Below, one piece after another: positions 41,486 to 55,345 of a stretch of DNA of 64,000 bases. The notes below the pieces were generated by a model. It was not told where the DNA came from. It ran no database searches and was given only the letters and a program-made list of their open reading frames with translations. How positions within the stretch are numbered: position 1 is the stretch's first letter; each line of letters starts with the position of its first letter. This DNA is from Nageia nagi (taxonomy: Eukaryota; Plantae; Pinophyta), in the NCBI GenBank assembly GCA_050084985.1, contig JBITNC010000001.1, positions 16,368,001 to 16,432,000 of the forward strand, given 5' to 3'. Made by a program: the position numbers and the translations under genes.

Positions 41486-41827
41486 GAATAATGATATCAA
41501 TTCTAAAATTTGTATTCAAGAACATTCCACAGATGAGTAACAAATCACAGTATTACAATATAATATTAGTTTTATTATTTGTTTGGCAACATTTTTATAT
41601 ATCCACTTTCTAGACTTGCAAAGTTAATAATCTAAGACATTTGTGTTATACAACTCTTTAAATGCTAGGGTGCATCAACTCAATGTTATGTGGCACTTCA
41701 TACTGGGCTCAAAGGAATCAATGGAAAGTACTTTTGTGACAACAATGAGGCAACACCTAGTGGGCGTGCCCTTCACAAGAACTTGGCCAAGCAGTTGTGG
41801 GAATTCAGTGAAAAATTGATTTCTTAA
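41486..41827 (+). pseudogene. Inverted duplicate of the last two exons of a TIC32-like short-chain dehydrogenase
   Basis: Exons 41486-41532 and 41669-41827 (KNIPQ|GASTQCYVALHTGLKGINGKYFCDNNE..LAKQLWEFSEKLIS*). The splice donor is mutated GT->AT at 41533, there is a D->H change versus the other copy, and no upstream exons exist. Confidence 0.85.
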
Positions 41828-44800
41828 TAAAAGGCTTGGCATCCCTTTGACATACAGTTTGGGTTTATGAATATTGGGCCTCCAGACTAGAAGGAAATTT
41901 ATGTCAATAGATTATCCTAGACATTTTCTGTTTTAGGTTTTGATATTATTGAGCATTCTTTAATGTTTTTTCATTCAATTGCCTAGTACACTCGCCACTA
42001 AGGAGGACTTGACCAAACAGTCTTGGGAATTCAGTGAAAATTTGTTTCCTTAATGGCTTTGAATGATTTGATGATGTCGTGTAGTTTCATCGAATAAAAT
42101 GCTCAGCATCTCTTTGAAATACAATTTTGAGTTTATGAATATTGGGCAGCCAAATTAGGGAAATTTATATTAATTCGTTTTGGTGCACAGTTATATTCTT
42201 GAGTATTTCTTATAGCTAACTTTATCATGTGAAACTTAGCGGTGAATGTTGTATTGGTATGTATCAATATATTGGTTAAATTTTATTTATTCATATGGTT
42301 ATAATTTTAATTAGATCAATTACCTTTCTAAGAATATATTTATCACCTGATGATTATGAAAGTATGTACAAGGTCTTTTAACACTTTTTCCTTACCTAAA
42401 AATTTAACTATCAACATTAATTGTTGTGTATGCATAATTTGTTATGGTATTGAATTATCCAAAGACTTTATTGAAGTTGAATTGATTGATTGAAGTATTT
42501 TTCGAATTTTATGAGTTAAGAAGATCATCTACAAATTCTATATAGCAGGATTGAAGAGGAGAATATTTTTGAGCTTTTCAAGAATTTGTCTCGATAGTTA
42601 AATCATAAATAGTATTCTTCACAAATTATATTTTTTAAGAGATTTGTGCAGAATTATCTTCCTGGTTGTGAATTTGTATTCCTAGCAAATGATTGCAAAA
42701 AATTAGATAAGGTTGTAGTTTAAAATTTTCCTATTTTTGTTATTTGGCCTTCATTTTCAAACTTAAAATGTTTTTTGGCAATTAGAGGAGGGTTGACGAA
42801 AGTCAACTTTAAATTTTGACCATTGGAGGGTTAAAAGATTTGTTGGGCATAGTTTTGGAGGGTTCAAATTTTGATGGGCATAAATTTAAGGTAAAAGAGG
42901 TAGATGAACTTCTGAGATGTCACAAATTGTAAGCATTTTCTAGAGATTTTTTGCATCTTTTTTAACTTGTGTATTTTAGGAGGTCATAACTTTGGATTTA
43001 TGTGAAGTTTCGATTTGATTATTATTTTTTAATTAACTAATTTATTTTATTTCTATAGATCTATATATTAAAAAATTTACCATGTTTTTTTGCATTTTTT
43101 TTTAATAATTAATATTCATATGACCTTAAGTTTCGATGTGATTATTATTTTTTAATTAACTAATTTATTTTATTTATATAACCTTGTTGAAAACTATAAG
43201 ACGCAAAAAGTCCATGTAGAGAGTCATAAATGAAGAATCTTCAACATAAGACATGTTATATAATCCCTCGTCCTATTTGACATCACTATCTTCATCCTCA
43301 CATAAAGAGGAATCCATGAAATAATAGGTACCCAATGCCATGATTGCACCTTAACTATCATCATCATGATAAATACTTGTTACTAAAAGAACCATAAAAG
43401 CTCTTAATATTTGAGTCTTCAAAAAATATTCCTATACATACAACCAATACTCATAAGCATGAAAATTCATACAAGTATGGATGATACAAAATACAAATCA
43501 TTATCATTAAAATTACTAAAAACAAACTTCCAACGTCATAAGTACCACTATTATTCTATCTTTCAAAGCAAAATAATTATGCATATCAAATTTCACTAGA
43601 TCCATTTATATTTTATTAAAAAAACATGGTAAATTTTTTAATATATAGATCTATAGAAATAAAATAAATTAGTTAATTAAAAAATAATAATCACATCGAA
43701 ACTTCACATAAATACAAAGTTATGACCTCCTAAAATACACAAGTTAAAAAAGATGCAAAAAAAATCTCTAAAAAATGCTTACAATTTGTGACATCTCAGA
43801 AGTTCATCTACCTCTTTTACCTTAAAATTTATGCCCATCAAAATTTGAACCCTCCAAAACTATGCCCAACAAATCTTTTAACCCTCAAATGGTCAAAATT
43901 TAAAGTTGACTTTCCTCAACCCTCCTCTAATTGCCAAAAAAACATTTTAAGTTTGAAAATGAAAGCCAAATAACAAAAATAGGAAAATGTTAAACTACAA
44001 CCTTATCTAATTTTTTGTAATCATTTGCTAGGAATACAAATTCACAACCAGGAAGATAATTCTGCACAAATCTCTTAAAAAAAAATGTGAAGAATACTAT
44101 TTATGATTTAACTATCGAGACAAATTCTTGAAAAGTTCAAAAATATTCTCCTCTTCAATCCTGCTATATAGAATTTGTAGATGATCTTCTTAACTCATAA
44201 AATTCGAAAAATACTTCAAGCATCCGTAGAAAACTTAATCAATCAATTCAACTTCAATAAAGTCTTTGGATAATTCAGTACCATAACAAATTATGCATAC
44301 ACAATAATTAATATTGATAGTTAAATTTTTAGGTAAGGAAAAAGTGTTAAAAGACCTTGTACATACTTTCATAATCACCAGGTAATAAATATATTCTTAG
44401 AAAGGTAATTGATCTAATTAAAATTATAACCATATGAATAAATAAGATTTAACCAATATATTGATACATACCAATACAACATTCACCGCTAAGTTTCACA
44501 TGATAAAGTCAGCTATAAGAAATACTCAAGAATATAACTGTGCACCAAGACCAATTAATATAAATTTCCCTAATTTGGCTGCCCAATATTCATAAACTCA
44601 AAACTGTATTTCAAAGAGATGCTGAGCATTTTATTCGATGAAACTACACGACATCATCAAATCATTCAAAGCCATTAAGAAAATAAATTTTCATTGAATT
44701 CCCAAGACTATTTGGTCAAGTCCTCCTTAGTGGCTAGTGTACTAGGCATTTGAATGAAAAAACATTTAAGGAATGCTCAATAATATCAAAACCTAAAACA

Positions 44801-44902
44801 GAAAATGTCCAAGAAGATCTATTGACATAAATTTCCTTCCAGTCTGGCGGCCCAATATTCATAAACCCAAACTGTATGTCAAAGGGATGCCAAGCCTTTT
44901 TA

Positions 44903-45245
44903 TTAAGAAATCAATTTTTCACTGAATTCCCACAACTGCTTGGCCAAGTTCTTGTCAAGGGCACGCCCACTAGGTGTTGCCTCATTGTTGTCACAAAAGT
45001 ACTTTCCATTGATTCCTTTGAGCCCAGTATGAAGTGCCACATAACATTGAGTTGATGCACCCTAGCATTTAAAGAGTTGTATAACACAAATGTCTCAGTA
45101 TTATTAACTTTGCAAGTCTAGAAAGTGGATATATAAAAATGTCGCCAAACAAACAATAAAACTAATATTATATTGTAATACTGTGATTTGTTACTCACCT
45201 GTGGAATGTTCTTGAATACAAATTTTAGAATTGATATCATTATTC
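44903..45245 (-). CDS. TIC32: TIC32-like short-chain dehydrogenase/reductase, last two exons (45199-45245, 44903-45061); upstream exons presumably beyond the window
   Basis: Intact AG/GT sites. Peptide ..MISILKFVFKNIPQGASTQCYVALHTGLKGINGKYFCDNNEATPSGRALDKNLAKQLWEFSEKLIS* matches the C-terminus of plant TIC32/retinol-dehydrogenase-like SDRs. Confidence 0.8.
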
Positions 45246-47501
45246 CTGCAAATTATTCAAACATTTTTCTGAATTACGGAACAATTAAATGAATGCGAGA
45301 AAACAAGTGCACCAGATATGTGTGAATTTTCCTATTTCTTCTACCAATTCACTTTCTCAATCTATATTCTTGAAAAAAACACGAACAAAAAAGGCAAGAG
45401 AACATCAATTTTAACAGTTCGTAAATTATGGCAACTATTTGATATCAAAGATTGTATGATAAGTGCATGTGTTATTATGGTGATGCATTTCTTAGACTGA
45501 TCTTTTATATTAGTTGACAACATCAGAAGTCCCATATAATCTTATTTGCATGTCTATTAGGGACTTCTGAATTAAACATTTCAGTTTGTTGAGATGTTTT
45601 TCCTTTGTTTAAAACATTAACCAAGTGATAGCAAAGCAACATTTATTTTCAAATCATGACTTGAAACTTATAAATCGACAAAGCCAAAGAGTAAGAGTCA
45701 ACTTGTCACATTAGAAACCATAAAATATTCATAGCACTAAAACTATAACCAGAGATTTCCATTTCATGAACATCAAATTTATACTGAAGTCCCCACATAC
45801 ACATAAATTACAAATAGTTCAAAACATTAAAAATACAGATACCTAAAATTCAACTGTATAGATTTCACTCCATGAACAATGAACCATGCTCAGTCCCAAC
45901 ACCAAGCATGATCCTCATTTGTGCACCTGTTCCTCATCTGTATAAACACTAAGGAAACATCCATCTCACTTAGAACCAGCTTCGCACTCATCTGTGTGCA
46001 TTGAATAACCGTCATATTCCATCCCAATTCTAGAATGCCAACTGACACCCAACAAAGGTACAGAAGCCAGACATCTTTGTAACTGAATCTTGATAAATTT
46101 GTATAAAGCATGCCATATGTACTATTGTGTGCTCTCAATGAAGGTTTTAAACTTCTAACTTACTTAATTCTTTCCCACAATACTTCTGATAAGTAAGGTT
46201 TACAGGAATTCAGAGTCTCATATTCCTTCATGAATGCATATTGTCAAAAGTTCATTTAAGTTAACTGTGTGTTTGTATTCATCTAAGAATTCTTAACTTC
46301 CTTGTGTTTGGAGTAGTGCTCTAACCAACACATCATAAATCATAGTGTGGATAATTTGTTATCAGAGTAGGATTGCAACAATGTATCTTCTCAAGGTTTG
46401 CAATTATATAGTTTGCTCAAAATTTGTTATAGAAATAATAAAGACAATTGAACGACAAACCATCATTAACAGAAATTGAATATTTTAGAATCCCAAGGTA
46501 AGAGCCATTAAGTCATTGAAAAGAGCCAGTATCTGTGGAACAAAATCAACAGTTGCAGAAGGAACTTCAGGTACACAAAGGGTCCCCAGGTTTTACCAAG
46601 AAGCTAGTAGTCTTGAAGGTACAATACACCCACCTGTTGTGGCCAACACAACACACCCCAAATTCCAGCGAATTTTGGGGACACTCAAATTTTGGCAAGA
46701 GAAACTGTTGTGCCCACAAAATACACTCCTAAATCTGGCAATTTTGGGGACTTCTTCGGCCAAAAAAATGAGGAAAATCACATTGGAAGCATAGGATGAA
46801 AGAAATATCAAGGAATATAGGCACCGGGAAGAGGAAATGTTAAACCTATGTTACGACCACCCAGGGGTTTAAAAAGAGTATATCTACAGCATCCAGAGAT
46901 TTTCAGGAGCACTGGAGGTGATTTTGGACCAATTCAGTGTTACAGGCAGCAAAATGGCAAAGTAGCATTCAAACAGGAGTCTCCAGAAAATAAAATGTAA
47001 AATTAAGGTATCAAGAGTGCTAGAAAGTGAAAACCCCTAAGTACATCATTTTGGACATGTAAGAAGTTTAAATTGATGAAGTCTCTCAATCTCCTCTTAG
47101 GCGCATGAAAACAGGGCCTTAAAATTGTGAAAAATGCAAAAAAAGACCAAAAGCAGGCTCAAGCGCATCATTTTGGGGTATTAACAAGCTCCAAGTTGTA
47201 AAATTTGGCATTCCTCCCTCACGCACATGCAAAAAGGGTCTTAAAACTCTTAAGTGAATTGGTGCGAAATGGTTTAAGAAGCTTAAAAAAGGTAAAAGAA
47301 GACACAAAATGGTCAAAAATATCTCCCAAAGGCCAGGTGCATGAAAAATGGTGATTAAAATTTGTAAAAGGTAAAATCCTTGCACCTAGATGGAAGAAAT
47401 GAAGCCATAAATTGTGCCCTAAGCTTCCAATTCCTAAACCAAAGCTTAAAGACCTGAAGGGAGCAAGATCATGCACAAGGATAGTTTTGGGAGGTTCAAA
47501 A

Positions 47502-50500
47502 GATGTCCCCCTTGCATAATTGTAAATAATTATGGAATCCAACGGATTCCCCTTTGTATTATATTTTATTATTGTTATTGTGCTTTAAGTTAATACTTGG
47601 TATAGAAGACTTAATGAGTCAATGGACCCCATTATGAGACCCAAGTGGGATGTCTCCCTTCCAAGTATAGATTAGGTGTTTTAATGTACTTGGAGATCCC
47701 GGTACATGATTGTGGGAATCCCAAGGTCTATTTAGCACTTAAGTGGATGGATGACCACTTGTACACATGCACCAGCCTTGGAGAGACTCCTAGACCCCCA
47801 CGTTGGCCCATTATGACACCTCAACACCCACGCATGAATCCCTAGACCCACATTACGCATGAGTGGCACTCCAAACCCCCACGTTGGCATTAATTGCTCC
47901 TAGGTACCCACGTTAGGCATGCGTCACCCCTAGGCACCTATGTTGGGCATTTTGGGTCTCCAAGAGGCTAACGTTGGATTATGGGAGCCAAGTGATGACT
48001 CCTAGGTGCAATCCAAATCCAGTGATGTGTTATAAAAGGCATTGGAGCCTCATAGCTGGATATGCTTGATTATTATTATCTTTGATACCATCCAGAGGAA
48101 AAGAGAATTAGTGCAGCACTAAGCAAACCCCTAGATGCAACATCTAGGAGGATTAGTAGGCTGAGGGACCCTATTAGTCTACGGCTTTGGTGTAGCACCC
48201 TAGCCCATTCGATGGTATTCTAAGGTTGAGCTTCTACCATTCAGTTGGCTGCCAGGATTTGAGAAGGGCTCCTTTGGTGGAGAGGATTTAGGTTTTGAGG
48301 GAGCAAGACTATCCTATCCGTCTGTCTAGCTTGAGGATACATGTTGTGCCCTAGTTGGCTCCTTTGAGATCAACGTCAACCTTATTGGGCCTGGTATTGT
48401 ATTGTTGCTACTTCATATCATTAATACAACCATTAGGCAGTTTGATCTCCATATTACCTTGTATACTTGTCAATGTTTGTATCATTGGATTACTATTGTG
48501 CATGTATGCTTATGTAAGCTATATGTTGGCATTGTGAGGGTTTGAATATTGGTAATGCTAGTATTGGCCAATCATTGTTAATATTGTGTTGTTTAGGCTT
48601 AATTTGGATGCCCTAGACCAGATGTTAGGGTTTACTTACATTGTTTGAGTTGTTTGCACTTGATTTTGTAATTGGATCTATATAGTGGTATTAGAGCTTG
48701 GATCTGGCCAACCTGTGAATGAAACTTCCTATTCACAACTACTACACTAGGTCAAGCATCAGAAGGGAAATGGCATCTGCAAGAAAGGGCGAAAAGTCGC
48801 AGCTTGATGAGACACCTTCTAGGGCCGCTCAAGAGGAAGATCGCCTGTCATGGATGAATGAGATGCCAAATGAGGGTGATTCTGGCGAAGAGAATGAGGC
48901 GCCAAGAGGGAGGTCTACATCAGCAAGGAGATGAAGCATAACTCTGGTTCAGGAGGCCACGCTTGAAAGGAGATTCAATGAGCTTATTTCGACCATCCAC
49001 AGCATGACGAGAGCTATCACTTCCATGCATAAATACATGAACACCATCCATAGGCAAGTTTGGAGATCGAGAAGAGGCAAAGAGGCCCCATAGCCCCCCA
49101 TGTCCTATTCAGGATGAAGCCGAAGAACCACAAGAGGATGTAGAGCGGATCGAGAAATGAGCATGAGGAGATCCTGTAGTTTGAGAGATCGAGAGTCTAC
49201 CCACCACGGATCTATGGGTCGTTCAAAACCCACATTCTTGAGATCCCACTCACACCGAGCACTGCAAGGTACTAACCCTCTCCTAGGGAGATACCTAGAT
49301 GAGGACGTTGGCAAGATTGGGGAACAACCCATTATTCCCAAGCCGTCCAAACCCATGCTTGCCAAGAAGTCAAGAGAAAGGCAAAGAATAGGGTTCCTGG
49401 TCCACTAGAGCTTAATCAGATTTTCAGAGAGTACTCCATGTTGGATCCAAGATTGAAGAGAGATGTCAACTTCAACGGCTACCTTGAGATCCTGGGGTTG
49501 AAGGGGAGCAGTTCATACAATCCACACACTCCAAGCAGCTCATGGGCAGATAAGAGAGACCTGTAGCAAAAGATAAACAAAATGCAGGTACAGATGTATG
49601 ACGGCTAGGGCTTGGCTGCATCAACTACAAACCTACTTCACCTTGAACCTGAATATGGTGGAGGAGGATGCAATTCACTTTGCATAATTACACTTTGAGG
49701 GTGATGCCCTTGAATGGTGGAAGCATGAGGTAATCAGCCAAAATTACTCACTCATTACCTCTTTTGATGAGTTTGCTAGACGGTTGGTACAAGGTTTGAT
49801 CGGAAGGAGAATGACTACTTCCGAGATTTGACATATCTGAGGTAGCAAGGGGCCGTGGACAAGTATGTATCAAAATTCCAGAAGATTGCAGTCATGATTC
49901 ACCACATTCCTGAGGAGCGGTTGACATTCCTCTTCATAGAGAGATTGATGGAGCCGTTGCAGGGGATGGTCAAAGTATCCTCACCTTGGACCCTTGACAA
50001 TGCCATCCGGGTTGCATATGATCTAGAGCCAACCATGAAATCCCTCAAGGGAGGGAAAACGTACAAGGGGTTGACCACACGGAAGGTTTTTGCTGACAAG
50101 GAGGGGCCTAGCGAGGCCAAACCTTTTCCCACACCTCAGACGAACCAGTTAGATGCAGCCACTTGAAGAAAGCTAAGGGAGGAAGGCAAGTTCTTCTATT
50201 GCAAGAAGACTTGGGAGCTAGGGCACTGTTGCTAAGGCAAGGGACAGGTGCACGACATAAAGGTGTTTTTGAGGAGGCAGACGATTCAGATTTGGATCTT
50301 GGTATGGACATACTGGACTAGGAATCACCCAAGGTGGAAGGCTCATTAGGGAGTATGATGGTCTTGATTGATCCTGGAGCATCTCATAGTTGGTGGTGGA
50401 GCAAGCAGGTGGGCAAGATGTGATGGTCTTGATTGATCCTGGAGCATCTCATAGTTGGTGGTGGGGCAAGCAGGTGGGCAAGATGTGATGGTCTTGATTG

Positions 50501-52965
50501 ATCCTAGAGCATCTCATAGTTTCATCGATGCAGGCTTTGTAGAGAAGAACCTGAAAACCAAGGGGTTCAAAGGAGTCAGAGTTTCCAATTGCTAATGGGA
50601 AACTCACTCTTTACACAGTGAGGGACAACTTCTATGTTTATCCCTTGCAGGGGCATCCTCACATTATTTTGGGAGTGCAATGGCTGTTCGATTTGGGTGA
50701 CATTCACACCAACTACCAAAAAGTCACTATGAGTTTCAAGATTGATGGAAAGACCCATAAATTGTAGTAGATTCGTGATGATCATCCACAGGTGGATAAC
50801 AAACGGCTAGAGATGATTGAGTGGTGCCAAAAGGAGGAAGCAGAAAATGGAGCCATGTTGGACATGGAGGAGTTTCGGCAGGAGGAGAGGAGCATTGAAA
50901 GGCTCCCATACCCCACATTGCATTCTGGGAAGCTTCAAGGAGGAACATTGAGCTTGGAGAGCCTCCTACACCTCACGTTGGGCCTTAGGAAGGCAAGACA
51001 ACTCATGTTGGGCCTTAGGAAGGAAGGACACTTCACGTTAGGCCTTGAGGAGGATTGCCACCCCACGTTGTACCTAAGGGAGCTTCTACCACTCATGAGG
51101 AGCATTGAGAACGCTTGGAATTGGATGATGGGCTTAGAGGAGTTCTTGCATCTTGCGTTGGATTCAAGAGAGCTACTACACATCACATGGGTGGGTGAGG
51201 AGTATTTGTGCATGATGATGAGCATGGAGGGGTTTGGACACCCCACGTTTCGTTTGGAGGGCTTGGACACCTAACATCTAGATTGAGGGAGTGTTGGCTC
51301 CCCATGTTGGACCTGGGAAGGTTTGTGTACTTGATATTGGGCCAAATAGCAGCTTGGCACTCCACATTGGAGAGTAGGGAAGTCTTTGGTTTCACATTTG
51401 CAATTGGGGAAGTTTGGGACCCCAAGTGGAGCTTGGGGAGAGTTTGGCTCCACTTGTTTATACTCACCTATGATTTACTTGAGGTTTTTGCAAGGACACC
51501 CCCTAGAGACTCTCATACACTTCCATGTTTTCTAAGGACAGCCATGAGACAACTGATGAGGAGTGATAGTGGTAGTATATCAAAGTTTTTGCATGCATTG
51601 TTGATGCATAAAGATACAGCTCCAGCATTTCATACAGGGCCTTCATCATGGCAAGGATATATTGAAGTTGCAGTCCACTTTGGCGATTTGCAGTCTACAA
51701 GATTGAAGGATTCTTGGAAGACAATATGCTACAACCTTCTACCATTGCTTGAGGGCAAGCAATTCGAGAGGAACGACTTTGTGAAATCACCCTTGCATAA
51801 TTGTAAAAATTTATGATATCCAACGAATTCCCCTTTGTATTATATTTTATTATTGTTATTGTGCTTTAAGTTAATACTTGGGATAAAAGACTTAATGGGT
51901 CAATGGAGCCCATTGTGAGCCCCAAGTGGGATGTCTCCCCCCCAAGTGTAGATTAGGTGTTTTAATGTACTTGGAGATCCCGATACATGATTGTGGGAAT
52001 CCCAAGGTCTATTTAGCACTTAAGTGGATGGATGAGCACTTGTACACATGCACCAGCTTTGGGGAGATTCCTAGATCCCCACGTTGACCCATTATGACAC
52101 CTCAGCGCCCACACATGATCCCTAGACCCACATTAGGCATGTGTGGCACTCCAGACCCCCACGTTGGCATTAATTGCTCCTGGGTACCCACATTAGGCAT
52201 GCTTTACCCCTAGGTACCTACATTGGGCATTTTGGGCCTCCAAGAGGCTAACGTTGGATTATGGGAGCCAAGTGATAACTCCTAGGTGCAATCTAGATCC
52301 AATGATGTGTTATAAAAGGCATTGAAGCCTCATAGTTGGATATACTTGATTATTATTATCTTTGATACCGTCCAAAGGACAAGAGACTTAGTGCAACACT
52401 AAGCAAACCCGTAGATGTAACATCTAGGAGGATTAGCAGGTTGAGGGACCCTATTAGTCTACAGCTTTGGTGTAGCACCCTAGCCCATCCAATGGTATTT
52501 CGAGGTTGATCTTATGCCATTCAATTGGCCACCAGGATTTGAGGAGGGCTCCTTCAGTGGAGAGGATTCGGGTTCTGAAGGAGCAAGACTATCCCATCTG
52601 TTCGTCCAGCTTGAAGATACATGTTGTGCTCTAGTTGGCTCCTTTGAGGCCAACATCAGCCTTATTGGGCCTGGTATTGTATTGTTGCTACTTCATATCA
52701 TTAATACAACCATTGGGCAATTTGATCTTTGTATTACCTTGTATACTTGTCCATGTTTGCATCGTTGGATTACTATTGTGCATGTATGCTTGTGTAAGCC
52801 ATATGTTGGCATTGTGAGGGTTTGAATAGTGGTATATGCTAGTCTTGGCCAGACATTGGCAATATTGTGTTGTTTATGCTTAATCTGGATGCCCTAGACC
52901 AGACATTGGGGTTTACTTACATTGTTTGAGTTGTTTTCACTTGATTTTGTATTTGGATCTTTACA
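47502..52965 (+). mobile_element. Non-autonomous Ty3/gypsy element G (gag + protease only)
   Basis: LTRs ~47502-48684 and 51780-52965 (~1.18 kb); Met-i PBS TGGTATTAGAGC at 48686. Decayed gag (LHFEGDALEWW, DKYVSKFQKIAV, Cys/His remnant) and protease VLIDPGASHSFID; no RT, RNase H or integrase. A few bases are missing at the left junction, so the TSD is unresolved. Confidence 0.85.
50356..50521 (+). repeat. 65-bp tandem repeat (about 2.5 units) over the protease active-site codons
   Basis: TGATGGTCTTGATTGATCCT[G/A]GAGCATCTCATAGTT starts at 50356, 50421 and 50486. Confidence 0.9.
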
Positions 52966-55345
52966 AAATATCCCAAAAGAGGGTGGCACATGCAAATCAA
53001 GCATTAAATATGTAAGGAATCAATATCATGAGCTAGGATAGGCCAAGAAAGACAAAAGGGGGTGAGTGCAAGGGAAAATAGGCTTAAAATGTGTAAAGGA
53101 TCAATCTCATGCTACTAAAATGAAGGACCCCATCACTTCAAGAAAACAAAAGACTCCAAAAAGGCTTATGCAAGCAAAAAGGACCTTAAAAACTTTAATA
53201 CTTCTCATTCGCCAACATGCTCCAAGAGACTCAAAACCCATTGCGCAAGGCTTAGAAGGCCTCAAATTACTTTAAGAAGGTCAAAATCACATACTAGGAC
53301 CTCACACAACACCTTTTGAGGCTTAAATATATAAAGAGGTCGATTCCATGCACCCAAGGCACATGAAGTCGACACACATTCCTAGGCACAAGGTTTGGAA
53401 GGCTTAAAACAACTTCAAGACGTCAAATACTCATCATAAGGCTTGGTGCATCCTTTTTTATGCTTAAACTCCTTAAGAAGATGATTTCAGCATCCAATAT
53501 GGCACATCTCCCTAGGCACACATCAAGAAGGGATTAAAATGCAAGTTTTAAACCAGACACATAACCAATTTGACCCTAGAAAGGCTATAAAAGGGTACAA
53601 ACATTCCATTTGGCCCAAACACCTCTTACACGCTTCCTTAACTGCATCATTTTGAAATATTAAAGGTCTTAAGGACTTGAATCCATGCGCAAGCTCTTCA
53701 AGGGCACCAAATTGCCATTTTGAAGGATCAAAAGGAGCCATAATACCTATGACATTATTCCTAAACACTCTCCACAATCCAATTGCACCATTTTAGGACC
53801 TTAAAAGTCTTAATTGCCCATTTTCATGCGCTTGGTATATGTTGTTCATTCCTATCACACTCAGCTCATTTCTATCTTAAAACACTTGTGCCATCATTCT
53901 TGACCATCAGCCATTATTCCATTCCACAACCTTCCAGTCCAAAATCCACCTCAAGCCTGTGGTTACTAACGATTGTTTCCTATAACAAGTATTTCTACTT
54001 GAAAGTTCAGTATGGAAGAAACAAATCTCAAAAATAAAAGAAAACAGATTGAGCCAAAAAATAAAAAGGTGGCAACCATTGAAGGTACTTCATCAAAGAA
54101 GTTAAACTTGACCTAGCAGCCTTGATCAAGGCATCACATGAAGATCCAAGCCAGAGGGTTGAAGATGAGTCCATGGAGACTCATTATGTAAACAAATTCG
54201 TCTTCAAGGTCAACAATACATTAAGTCAACGAAGTTTTCCTGAACAAGGATCCTGAGAAATCTCAATACCTGGAGACCCATACTCATAAGATGGAGATAG
54301 GCAAGGTAAAAACAACAGGTGCAGAACAGATTAAGGAGCTCATAAGGATTGCCAAACAGTTGGAAGAGCAGCAAAAGAAAGAGGATCCTAAAGAAGAGAA
54401 CACTCTTCCCAAGGTGTAAAATCAAAGATGACCAAAGAATTTATTTAGTTTAAGAAGACATTTTATTTTATTTTAGTACATTATTGTTAAAAGGGGATTG
54501 AGTTTTTGCTCATATTTTGGGATGTAATTTTACTTCTATTTAAGTTTTATTTTATTAATACTAGACAAAACCCTAATCGGACCAATACTAGGGTTTACTT
54601 GACTTAAAAAACTATATATACCCCATGGGGGTCATTTGTTAAGAGGAGGATGATCATTTGATCAAGAGGAGAACTATTGTGAAATTTGCTAAAAAATCTT
54701 GTACTCTCTTGCATGTGAATGTTGAGTATAATCTAATACATCAGGACTTGTTTCACTTAATGGGATTGTGGATTTGTGGTTGTTATATGACTTGTGTGCA
54801 TTTCTCACAAGTGTATGTTTGTAAGAAAGTTCAATGAATATCTTATGAAGTTGTGTGATTGCCATTTGATAAACATTGTCCACTCTTTCACATGCAAATG
54901 GATATATGTTAGTGAAGTTCTTTCTATGTCGTTTGGTTTGATGGACTGCTCATGTTGTTGCACTTGGTAACACTGCTATGGGCTCCATCTTGCTTACAAC
55001 TTGGACTTAGTCATTTGTAGCAAGGATTGGATAAGTGAGTAGGCACATCATAATAAACCCGGAGAGAAGATGATCTAACCATTAATCCGTTGGGGAACTT
55101 GTCTCTAAATGATCTCACCTCGTATGCCATCATCCCCACTTTGCATTTATTTTTATCTTTGCTTTGTTATTTTTCCTTTTTTTACCATCAAAAGTCTATC
55201 CTTTCAATTGGTGTAAAACAACTCCAATGCCCATAGTAAAATGTAGTAAAAGTTGTTGTTTCTCCTCCCCACTGGGTCATTCCAAGTTCAACTTCTTATC
55301 ACTTCCATAGACGACATTTTGAGGTACAGAAACCTTGGGGTAACC

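Larger units (their letters stand above)
41169..45553. repeat. Long inverted repeat: arms 41169-43091 and 43618-45553, spacer ~525 bp
   Basis: The arms are reverse complements with scattered substitutions. ORFs 41222-41413(-) and 45318-45500(+) are near-identical mirror images. Confidence 0.95.

Noticed and set aside
50792-51816. 160-aa and 202-aa ORFs in G as env-like or accessory genes
   Set aside because: No recognisable domain, overlapping frames, and largely produced by a 30-bp repeat; cannot be supported without family data.
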